Shown here in pieces: positions 53,701 to 64,000 of a DNA stretch of 64,000 nt. How positions within the stretch are numbered: the first letter of the stretch is position 1; the number at the start of each line of letters is the position of its first letter. This DNA is from Eledone cirrhosa (lineage: Eukaryota). The stretch is from positions 122,078,001 to 122,142,000 of the forward strand of contig OZ024742.1 of assembly GCA_964016885.1 (NCBI GenBank), read 5' to 3'. Under the pieces are notes generated by a model. It was given only the letters and a program-made list of their open reading frames with translations, searched no databases and had not been told where the DNA came from. The translations under genes were made by a program, and so were the position numbers.

Positions 53701-54052
53701 AAGTATATATGTTTGAATATATCTATCAATGTATCAGTCCGGCTATTGAGCTGCCTTTCTAGATAGCCAGCTATACATCTACCTGCCGATCAACGTAACA
53801 ATGTATCTATCCATGCTCCTATATATCTGCATGCATATAAGCATAAGCCATAAAGCTTCCGAACCAATAAATGTTTTGTAAGAATGTATTTCCAGTTTTC
53901 CTCTTGAGTACTTTTGTGGTTATAAACACTTGAAAGAACACACATGTCTGTACACTTAGAAATATTGATTTCCCTCTTGTTGGGTAGCATTGAACTTTGG
54001 GGCAGATAGAACCACGCATGTATTCTCTCATTTGGAACGTGTATATATATAT

Positions 54053-54219
54053 AACGAAGGAGTTGTGGTAAGGAACCAGAGTACTCAATACTTAGGTTAG
54101 TAGAGTGGATAATAGGAGAAAGTATAACCCCGACGGCAGAGCTCAATCCGTTTCGACGGCAGAGCTCAAGAAATAGCCGTCGAAACGGCTTGAGCTCTGC
54201 CGTCGGTGTCATACTTTCT

Positions 54220-54224
<5 letters not shown>
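54053..54224. mobile_element. Short fold-back element with two inverted 3' half-hammerheads, in (TA)n
   Basis: IR 54112-54224. The plus arm reads GCCGTC-GAAA-CGGC ttgagctct GCCG-TC-GG. Confidence 0.8.
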
Positions 54225-54257
<33 letters not shown>

Positions 54258-54262
<5 letters not shown>

Positions 54263-55823
54263 ATATTAAATAAATGGAAACTATATTTATAAAACCATAT
54301 TTATTCTATTATATATATTTCAAGGGTACCCAAACTTTGGTACGCTTTCATCAGATAAAATACAAAGTTTGTTTTATAAATGTTGACATAACCAAGAAAA
54401 AGGTACCTTAATGGTTCAAGTTTTCCTTGGATAGTGAAGGGATAAGAGAATAGAAGTCAGATATTTCAAATTATTAAGATGAGCATGCAAATGAGGTTGA
54501 GGTATAGGGCTGAAAAAAAAACGTTATTTTAGACGCTATGCAGAATTTAAATAATTAGGATATATCTATGTATGAGTAGGAAGAGGAAAAAGGAAGAAGA
54601 GTTTGTATTTACATTAATTTAAAACGAATTAACAATTTGGGGGAATGGTGGAATATGATTCCAGAATTTAAATTTATTTAGCTATATTATGAGTTATAAT
54701 ATATAATCACTTAGATTATATGAAGAATTAGGGTTGTAAGTATATTTTATCTTATTACATTACAATAGGTTATAAGTATATAAATATCTATATAGATTAA
54801 TAATTGTGCATGTATAAGTATTATAGAAATAGAAATAATTTACAATTATTAGTTGTTTACATTTCTAATATGAGTTACGAAGGACGTTGATTTTGCATTT
54901 TACATTAAAAAAAACAGGTGGTTTAAGTTGTAAGAGGAGAACAATTTGTAGATTCGAATATTTTGTTCCAACATTGAAAATGTTTCCAGAATATTGTTAA
55001 TTTAGCGAAGTTATATAGTTTATTGTACATATTATATTATATCATGTTTATGTTTGCACGATCGAAAAGGGAAAGATAACTCCAATCTCGTTTGTTAACC
55101 GTTAAATTTGACGAATGATTTACTTAGAAAATATATAGAGAAAATTATATATTATTTTGTGTGAGATTAATTATTTTAGTCGAAAGATGTGTGAAAGTTT
55201 GAAGATCAAAAGGAGAGGAAAAACGTAATGTGCATTTCGAAGAACTATTGTAAAGAGGATAAATTTTTAGAATGTCAATTAAAGATTATCAATCTACATC
55301 TAAAATAATATATTTAGAGGAGTATCATTAGTAAAATAATAATGTCAGAAATAAAATATATTAAAAAATATATATATTTAAAAAAATTAATGTCAAAGGG
55401 TAAAAATAGTAGAAATATTAAAAAATTAAGAAGGAACATCATTTAAAAGAATTTACATTTAAATTAAAATTTAAATTTTTAAAGAAAATAGGATCATTTG
55501 AAGGTGTATAAGATATAGTCAAGTGTAAGGAATATCATAAATTAAAAATATTTCTGAAAGTGGAATTTTAGCGATGTCTGCAAGAAGAAAATAATTCTGT
55601 TTTAAGATTAATAGAGTTTTGACAGTTAATTATATAAAACATTTCCTCGATACACAAGTTACAGAATCTTGAGAAAGCCATATTCCGGTATGCAGGTGCT
55701 TTCGAAATTGTTCCCCAAGATATTGAATAGTCTATATTGCTGTCTTTTAAGTTCGAAATTAAATGTGAAAGTGAAAAGTAGGATTTTTTATCGGATCTCT
55801 TAAATGTGTGCTTATGGTTATAC

Positions 55824-55825
<2 letters not shown>
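54258..55825 (-). mobile_element. 5'-truncated Hydra-type PLE (C-terminus of endonuclease, long 3' UTR, hammerhead repeat)
   Basis: The minus strand at ~55750-55570 reads LKDSNIDYSISWGTISKAPAY..RFCNLCIEE..INLKTELFSSCRHR*. Flanked by (TA)n. Confidence 0.85.
54304..54360 (-). ncRNA. Type-I minimal hammerhead ribozyme, intact core
   Basis: TTTTAT-CTGATGA-AAG c GTACC aaagtttg GGTAC c CTT-GAAA-TATATA-TA-ATAGAA. Confidence 0.85.
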
Positions 55826-55892
<67 letters not shown>

Positions 55893-55895
<3 letters not shown>

Positions 55896-58800
55896 AAATA
55901 AAGATCCAAAGGCATGGTATACATTTCCAATCATTATAATCACGACAAATGTTTCAATAAGAGATAGATCGATTTTCAGGTGAATAAAGAATTGTCTTCA
56001 AATCTTTGATATGACGGAGGAAAAACTAACGATGTTCACTCACTAGAGTTCTGTTCCCCATATGAAGATTCAACAGCCAAAACACGCCAACTGCTATCGT
56101 CTTCAGTCAGGGTCATAAATCTATCAAGTCTCTATCTCTCAAAAGCTGTAAAAGACGCTGGACAGGTCTAATCTCAACATAAAATCTGTAGAATTTCGGT
56201 CGGTCACAATTAACGTGAGTGAGTACACACACACTCACACGCACTGGCGCGAGGTCAGAGAACAAAAATATATACCAACATAGTATGAACTGAAAGTTAG
56301 GTTACAAAACAACAAATGTTATATTGGTCAAATCTCAATTTTAACGATGTAAATTAGAAAAATTGGGTCAACCACAACCCTATACACACGCAAGTAAATT
56401 CCGTTCAACGTTCTGCTATACGTGTATCGATCGAATTGTAACATCCGTATCGTATAAATTGTGTATCTTTTTGTATATACACATTCATGTGTAGAGCAGG
56501 TAGTCAGCTCGTATCGAACTCTGTATGTGCCGTTGTCCCGTTGAGAATATGAGTCCCCGAGTCTGTGCGTGCAAGCACCCGCCATGTAGGCCACCAAGGA
56601 GCCCCATGTAGGGTTGTGTATTTGAGTTAAGGTGTCAGTGTGTGCGTTTTCCCCTCATATGGGCCCTCGGGCTTTTAAGATAAGTGTTTGAGTTGTGGAG
56701 GTGTGTTACCCAACACAAAAATAAAAATAAAATAAAATAAAATAAAATAAAATAACAAAACCCCGGGGATGTGTGTAAGTGTCATGGGCCCATTGATGGT
56801 GTGTATGTAGTATTGTCCATTCAGCAACTGTGAGTACTCCATGGTTAGAGGATCACAGACCAAAAACCTAGTGTAGTATTCAATTGATAAGATCGTGACT
56901 AGTCATAACTGTGGGAACTCCGTATCTAAAGAAACCGAGGACTGTGTGTAGTATTATGTATAAAGAGCGTAATCGTTTTTAACTGAGTGTGTAATACGTC
57001 TAACTATTTACTAACTGAGAGAACTCTATGGTTAGGGTATTCTAAAGTAACGGTAAGTGCGCGTAATCAGTCTTAACTGAGTGTGTAATTGTTCTAACTA
57101 TTTACTAACTAGGAATTCTAAAGTAATGGTAAATGTGCACTCAGCTGTGAGAACTCTGTGGAAACATACCGACTACCGTGTATAAGTGCGCAAACGATCT
57201 TAGCAGTCTACTACCCGAGTGTGTGATTGTCTATCTTTTGCTAACTGAGAGAACTCTATGGCTAAGATAAAAAGGGTGGAGTTAGTGGTAGGTTACTTTC
57301 TAAAAATCCGGAGGAAGATTTTCGAGGTTCTATGCTGGCAGGTGCTGAAAAAGTCCGCTCTCCTATTGATTAGTAGGGGGGGGGGGGCTCTAATTATTTA
57401 AAAGGTTTCAGCTATCCATAAATTACAAACGCCCGTGTTGCCGTTATATGGCTAGGCTGAGCAAACTATGGACCAGGATAAGTAGTGCTCTATATTCTGT
57501 TGTTTAAGCTTCCAGACTAATTCAGAAAGCGTCGTGCTATTTTTTTTATCTAATCTATTAAAGGTATTATACCATATATCCTTAAATTCAGTGGCGGTCG
57601 CCCCAACATACCTTAACGTTCTATCTAAAGTGGAGACCTTACAGTCGTAGACTATGTTTTTGGTGAAGAATTTCCCAGCCAAGGAGCAAGCAGCGGTGTT
57701 CCTGCAATTACATTTTCTGCTACTGACCGGGGTAGTTTCTGAGGAACCACGGTGCCTCTGGTGTCAGGTCTCAGTTCTTGTCTGCTCTATGGGTAAGTTG
57801 CCAGGGTTTGGGGATGACCCGACTCACCTCACCCGTATGAGTCCGTTCATGCATAGAATTGCCATTAGTTCTGCCATGCCTCATCCCGCCCTGGGCTGTC
57901 CTAAGTCTACTATAATTCATCTTAGCTATATTCTGAGCTATGTTACTGGTTGTGGAGTAGGACAGCTTGATGGTATTCCTATTGAATATTTTATAGTATT
58001 TGTGATGTCTAGGGAAGCATTTGTCTAAGATCCTAAAGAAAAGCTTAGCTATACTAGTGGCCAGGCCGGTGGAGAATGGGCGTTTGTACCACAGGATTTT
58101 TCTGGTTCGATGCCTCTTGTTCTTATTATCTATACTAGTGTTACCAGCCTCCATGGTTGCTACTGGTCTATTAGAACTGATAACTGCCTCTGGGTCGATG
58201 ATGCCAGGGGGTGTCCAGGTGATGTTCGGAAATGTCCCAAGTCTCCGGGGCGGCGTATCCCCCGTGCAGTTATTGGAATTACCCTCGGCAGCCGGGGTTA
58301 TATCCACTATGCGCCTACTACATTTATCCCTGTTTACGTTCTATTTTACGTTCAACGGTTGTTTTATCAGCTCTACAATTAAGGTTACAATTAAAGTTGC
58401 CGCTGGCTGTTCAGTGCTCGGACACAGTGTTTGTACCTGGGTGGTTGTTCTCATTGGTACCGTCGTCATTGGGACTAGGAGGCAATACAATATGAAGTCT
58501 ATATTGATCCTCCCTCGCCTCCCGCCTGTTTTTAACTAAAGTGTCACTATTTTGGCCTAAGCTATCGCAGACAATGTTGCTACTACTACCTAATGGACGT
58601 TTGAATGAGATTCCCTTGCTATACCCCGCGCGTTCCAGGGCGCTATTATAGTAATTTGAGATCCTATCGAATGTATCTTCATTGGAAGATAGTCCTGAAA
58701 TTCTACTAGAGACACTTTTGGTAATACCGTTAGAGATATTCTAGGGTGGTTCGATTTTGCGTTGACATAATTTAAATTCTCGTTGGGTTTGTTGTAGGGT

Positions 58801-59125
58801 GAGAAGAGTCCTGAATTGAGGTTAAGTGTAACATCTAGAAAATTAACTATCTTCAGGTTTTCTTCAAACACCATACTTAAGTGTATGTTGTTGAAGAATT
58901 TGCTTAGTTTTTTCCTCACCCTATCTACCATACTATTATTATGATACGACACAGTAAACAAAACGTCGTCACTGTAAACGCCACCTCCCAAGTGGGGCAT
59001 TTCCACTTCAAGACAGTCGAGGATGTAGAGGCCCACCGGATCCGTCACCTGGGCTGAGTCCGAGGATCCCATGGTAATGTCAAAATTGTCCGGCCAGTCT
59101 CTCTTAGTCCACAAGTCTCTGTCTA
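55893..59125 (-). mobile_element. 5'-truncated Hydra-type PLE, frameshifted, between TA tracts
   Basis: FDITMGSSDSAQV..GVYSDD, VNFLDVTL, KSNHP (58590-59186); ILWYKRPFS..IKLSYS (57771-58307); CNCRNTAAC, IVY..YVGAT (57452-57720); STCQH. Decayed hammerhead at 55939-55984 (CAC-CTGAAAA..GAAA-CATTTG-TC-GTG). Confidence 0.88.
56967..57265. repeat. ~90-bp imperfect tandem repeats in the PLE 3' UTR
   Basis: taactgagtgtgtaat..ctaactatttactaactgagagaactctatgg recurs about three times. Confidence 0.75.
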
Positions 59126-59164
59126 TATGATACATATATATTAAATATAAGCCAAAATCACATT

Positions 59165-59977
59165 GGGGGGGGGGTATATAAGACAAATCGGCTAAACAAA
59201 TCAGCTTTAACTAATATATGATACTCCAACTATCATTTCTAAAACTCAGGATACTCTATCAGGAAATCCAAGGCATTGAAACAACTAATATTGGAAGAAT
59301 TTAAATTTCTTCATCGGGAGGTGAATTCTCCATAGAAAAAAGGGGGAAGTTGAAAATATATCATACATACCATTTAGTTGCTAGACAGTATGGTGTACAA
59401 GGTGTAGCGTTGAATTACTATATGAATATATTCCCTCAAAAGGGACAAGTGGAACATGTATCACATATAGCATGTCGTTAGTAGACCGCACATGTGTTGT
59501 AACGCTGAAATAGTGTAGGAATATTTTCTACTTAATGTATCAGAAAAAACACGACGGTCTTATATTGATGCCGGAAATGGCAGCCAAAACCGTACAAAAC
59601 AGCTCAACAATGATGGAGCAGTCAACATGAATTTATATATATAATTTAGCTATATTTCTAATATGTAAGCATCCCAATGAAAGAGCAAGGTATATTAATA
59701 AATCACCCACTCTAATATTGGCTATTCCAATGTCTTGGAGATCCTGATGTTGTATCTTGAGATTCAGAAAATATTGTTGGTGTATTATATAAGTTAAAGC
59801 TGATTTTTCTCATATCTCCTCAAAATGAGATTTTGCCTTCAGTGTAATATATTTTAATATTTCTCTGAGTGGATAATTTACTAATATATTTGCCCTTTCA
59901 TTGAGATGCTTACGCGTTAGAGACTTTAAAGAGTTATTGACTGCTCCATCATTGTTGAACTGTTACCCCCCCCCCCA
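59165..59977. mobile_element. Decayed element with two interleaved inverted repeats, bounded by G-run and C-run
   Basis: 59199-59293 is inverse to 59715-59805, and 59598-59712 is inverse to 59866-59964. Confidence 0.5.
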
Positions 59978-60012
59978 CATATATATCTAGATATGTATAT
60001 ATATATACATAT

Positions 60013-60205
60013 CAGATATGGTGTGGTAGAAAACCAGGTGGACCATAAGCCACCTGAGTACTCGATACTTGGGGGTAGTAGGGTGGGTAATATGAAAAGA
60101 TTCAGGATCCCGACCGTTGAGCTCCAGTTGTTTCGACAGGTAGATATGGATCTAGCTGTCGAAACGGTCGGAGCTCAGCCGTCGGGGTCCTGAATCTTTT
60201 CATAT
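60013..60205. mobile_element. Short fold-back element with two inverted 3' half-hammerheads, in (TA)n
   Basis: IR 60090-60205 with apex GACAGgTAGAT atgg ATCTAgCTGTC, followed by GAAACGGT cggagctca GCCG-TC-GGGG. Confidence 0.8.
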
Positions 60206-61067
60206 ATATATATATATATGTGTGTGTGTGTAAACAAGTATAATAGCATACTTATGCGTATGTGTATAGTTGGTAATTTATGAGAATATTCATATCATAG
60301 AACAAATTCCTGTAATTTATTTTAGCTTCAAGCGACCTTGTTCACATCCTGGTGAGGCCAACGTTGCACTTTTACCTTCCGGTTTTATAAATATACAGGG
60401 TGAGGGACTAGCGTCGGATTCAGTGCATTGTGGTATTCACACCAATTCTTTGCGTTCTCTATTTAAGTATTGCCGTGGTATATTTGGATGGTATTATTAA
60501 TCGATCACCGAAAGTGAATAACACTCTTTTGAAATAATCCGGGTGAGACCTTTGGTTTTCGGAAAGATTCTGAGTCTAAACAAGGCAAACATTTATTGCG
60601 TTATAACAGATGTGTAATTCCTTATGAGAAGGCGGAGTACATAATAGATTGAGTGTGTACTAGTAAGGTTTTAGTACATAACATAATGTAGCCACACTAG
60701 GATGTGATGTGTGTATATGTGTGTGCGATGCACATTCACAAGCTTGTAAATGTGCATCACACACACACATACACACACATACACGCAACACACACGAAAT
60801 GATGCCGTATAGAAATACACAAACCTTTCGCTTATGTTGTTGCCCTCCCCGCTAGTTGCTTTTCCAAGTTTTGGAGCCTGAATCTCAACTGCAGTTGCCC
60901 GTAGTTATGCTAAATTTTTAACTCTGATATAGAAAGGAGATATTTTCATCCACGATCTACATGTCTGTCATCGGGAAAATATAATGAAGGCACCTCTACA
61001 TGTTAGCTGGTCTTGCGAAAAATAATAACAAAATTATCTTTATCTCAGGCATATAGTCTGAAAAGGC

Positions 61068-61400
61068 AGCAAATTGGCAAAGTTGTTAGAATGTCAGATA
61101 GAATACGTTCCGGCTCTCTACACTCTAAGTTCCAAACATGTCAAGGCCACCTTTGCCTTTCATCTTTTCAAGATCGATAAAATGTACTAGTCAAGCACTG
61201 GTGTCGATTTTTGCTCCTCTACATCTCTTTCTCACTTCTATTCTTTCACTCTCTATTCTTCTCTGGAAGAAATCTGCTGTGATCAGACCTAGAAAGGAGA
61301 TGGGCTCTGCCAGATTTTAAATGCTCTAGTAACGCTGTATGTCAATGCAGTGACCTCGCAAGAGTTGCTGGCCCATATATACATGGTCTGAAAAAGAGTG
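61068..61400 (+). mobile_element. Degenerate SINE with extended tail (family of 16716)
   Basis: tttgcctttcatc..tcgataaaat core followed by the ctctggaagaaat tail. Confidence 0.55.
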
Positions 61401-61429
61401 GAATACCTTTCATTATTGGTCTACTCTTA

Positions 61430-61622
61430 GGGCGGTGGATTGGCAGTATCGGTAGAGGGTCGGACGCCATGCTTTGCAGCTAAGAATTACGGCCCTTTAT
61501 GGTCTGAGTTCAAATCCCGCCGAGGTTAACTTTGCCTTTCATCGTTACGGGGTCGATAAAATAAAGTACCAGTAATACACTGGATAATTGCTGGCCTTGT
61601 GCCAAAAGTAGAAATAATTATT
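61430..61622 (+). mobile_element. Full-length tRNA-derived SINE
   Basis: Begins ggcggtggattggcagtatcggtagag, with box B, core and (ATT) tail. Confidence 0.93.
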
Positions 61623-61767
61623 GGTCTACTCGATTAAGACAGTGGTGAACAACATCATCATTGGCATGTTATACACCACTTCAGAATTCGAATTAGTTCA
61701 TTTCAAACCATCAATTTCCTCCCACCATATTCTTTGTGCAAATAATATATTATTTATCTGATAGTTT

Positions 61768-61880
61768 AAATCCCGCTGAGGTTAACTTTGCCTATCATCC
61801 TTACGGGGTCGATAAAATAAAGTACCAATAATACACTGGGATAATTGCTGGCCTTGTGCCTAAAGTAGAGACAATTATTT
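61768..61880 (+). mobile_element. 5'-truncated tRNA-derived SINE
   Basis: Starts within box B (aaatcccgctgagg). Core and tail are intact. Confidence 0.88.
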
Positions 61881-62499
61881 GTCTGATAGTTTTAGATTTA
61901 AAAAACGTTTTAATAAGTGAGCGTCTAAAATTAACATCAATAATAATTTTTCAAAATATGCTTTAAAACATCTCTTTAAATCTTTCATATTTAAATTCAA
62001 CTGTTGACTAAATTATTCATAAGATATTTATTATTTTATATCCTCTTCGTTGATAAATCTTCTCAAGTTAATGTACTTTTAAATGAACTTAAATATTATT
62101 TGCAGTTATTTTATATATAATAAATTATTTTCCCATTCCTTGTTTAAATGATTTCTACTCGAAGCACGAAGCGGACTTAATATAGCGGGGTATATATTTA
62201 GTTGGAAATACCCTGGTATATTTCTGGTATTTTATATCGTTCACGGGGAAAGGAATGGAAAATAAAATGTTCATCAAGATATAACATTTATAAGTTAAGT
62301 TTTATTTGTCATTTCTCTAACGTTATGAACCAGCAATGGACCATGTGTGCCGTCGGTCAACGGGCTAGGAATTGCAGCCGAATTTCAATCAAATCACAAC
62401 ACGGTGTGCGTTTTAAATATTAGATATAACCCTAGATATCCATACAAATAATATAGCCAAAGCAAGAACTTATTTATGGTAGACCTGTTTGATTATGAC

Positions 62500-62730
62500 A
62501 AAAGAGGGTAGAAGACTAAATGCTGGATAACAATTAGTATAATATGTATCGAGGCAGCGGATTTGTATCTTCAATTTTTCATTCAAAAATATTGATAGGA
62601 ACATGGTCGGATAACATTCATGAGCTCGGCCGGTTTCGCTTGGGGATCCAATCGGATCAATTGGAGACGGCTGCTTCTGAAAGGACACTCTGGAAGGAAT
62701 GTTTGAGGATAACCACTATCTCTCTCTCTA
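62500..62730 (+). mobile_element. RTE-like LINE 3' coding relic
   Basis: TWSDNI..LGIQSDQLETAASERTLWK resembles the RTE C-terminal motif (A.DR..W). Confidence 0.45.
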
Positions 62731-63009
62731 TCTCGAAGATAAATATTGATTAAAAGTAACATCACATAACATTTTCTCTATCTGATTATGTTAGAAAATT
62801 TTAACAACTTCAAACTTTTATTAAATATCATTAATTTCGTTAACGGATATTATACTATTTCAAGACCACTTCATACTGAATTTAAATCGAGAATACTCGT
62901 CCCCCGACGCTTTTGGGAAAGAGGAAACGACGACTACTTGTATATGTAACTGTACCGTTTCTACACCACACTTCACCACAGGCCTGGTAAATATGTGCCT
63001 ACATTTACA

Positions 63010-63420
63010 GTGACGTCCCTCAGGATAAACAACTTGTTATATTTGACGACACTCCTGACAAGAGACTCAAGTCTTTGGTAGAATTTGTCCCTGTTCTTTT
63101 CTGTGTTGGTAATGGCTGGCTCTTCGTGCATCGATGAATGATTATCATCGTTGACTGAAGAGACATAGAGAGACTTGTGCAGGTCATAGGTGCCTCTTTG
63201 GTGAGCTGGTTAGTCTGCGTGCGATGTGTGATTGATGGTAATATCAAATCCAGACTTGTTGCAGTACTCATAAGAATAGGTATTACAAACATTGTTTTCA
63301 GTTTCTTGGACCCGTTCAGTGAGGTATTTTTCTGAACGTCCGATATTATGCGCATTGTTGTACGTTTTTCTAATTTGCCAGCCTTGACGTTGATTATAAG
63401 AGTACATGTTGTCCATTTAA
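63010..63420 (-). mobile_element. RTE-like APE endonuclease relic
   Basis: TNTEKNRDKFYQRLESLVRSVVKYNKLFIL followed by a frameshifted GDV. Confidence 0.45.
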
Positions 63421-64000
63421 CGAGAGTGAGTCTGTCACGCGTTTGTGTTTTGTATTATTTTGCCCTCCGCATACAACCTCTATCAGTCTAGTGTAACTAG
63501 CCCCAGTGTGATAAAGTACACTATATTTAGGATATGCTTTCTTGCCCCTTCCTCGGAGAATCGGAGAAGTTGAGAAGTCTCTCAGACCCTGAAAGTGCTG
63601 CAGGATTCCTCTACTTCGTTAGTTAGTAGATACGAACATATATTCCGGATTGCTTGCGATCAGATTCACAGCATTAGTTTTCTGTGTATTAGAATATATT
63701 ATTTGTCACTATTATCTGTTATAAAATTGCTAAGTATTATTATTATTTGTGTTAGTATTAGTAGTAGTATTGGTAATGGCTGTAATGGTGATGGTGATGG
63801 TGTTAGTGGGTTGTTGACAAGATCTAGGTGTCTGGTTTTGATAACCATTACGATAATGCAATAACCATTATACAAAGAGGCTGGTAGCACATTCTCCTGT
63901 GAAACAGACCATTTAATTCAAATATGTATTGTTATCAATTGTGTAAAATGCGAATGGAGAAAGTCTATTTTCACTCGTCATGAGATGAAAGCTATCAATC

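Noticed and set aside
63700-64000. Another Dong-like 5' UTR on the minus strand at the window edge
   Set aside because: There is only weak compositional similarity and no alignable block or ORF.

Overview
AT-rich, microsatellite-laden eukaryotic DNA made almost entirely of transposable elements. No host gene could be supported. The SINE family and repeat content suggest an octopus or other coleoid cephalopod (inference). Main content: four R4/Dong-clade RLE LINEs tied to (TAA)n tracts, three of them stacked head-to-tail at 40.1-48.9 kb; a Tx1/L1 LINE joined in-frame to a Penelope-like element (PLE); a CRE relic; three Hydra-type PLEs and one Naiad/Neptune-type PLE; Tc1/mariner and RTE relics; and about 15 tRNA-derived SINE copies. 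The least-annotated signal is RNA-level. About 10 whole and 7 half type-I hammerhead ribozyme motifs lie in PLE terminal repeats, many in short fold-back palindromes inserted in (TA)n. In one four-copy family every copy breaks or folds back at hammerhead stem II, which suggests ribozyme-hairpin-primed snap-back synthesis. The Dong 5' UTRs carry a putative retained intron, a segment shared between divergent families, and an HDV-like pseudoknot. All alignments and folds were done by eye, so boundaries are approximate.
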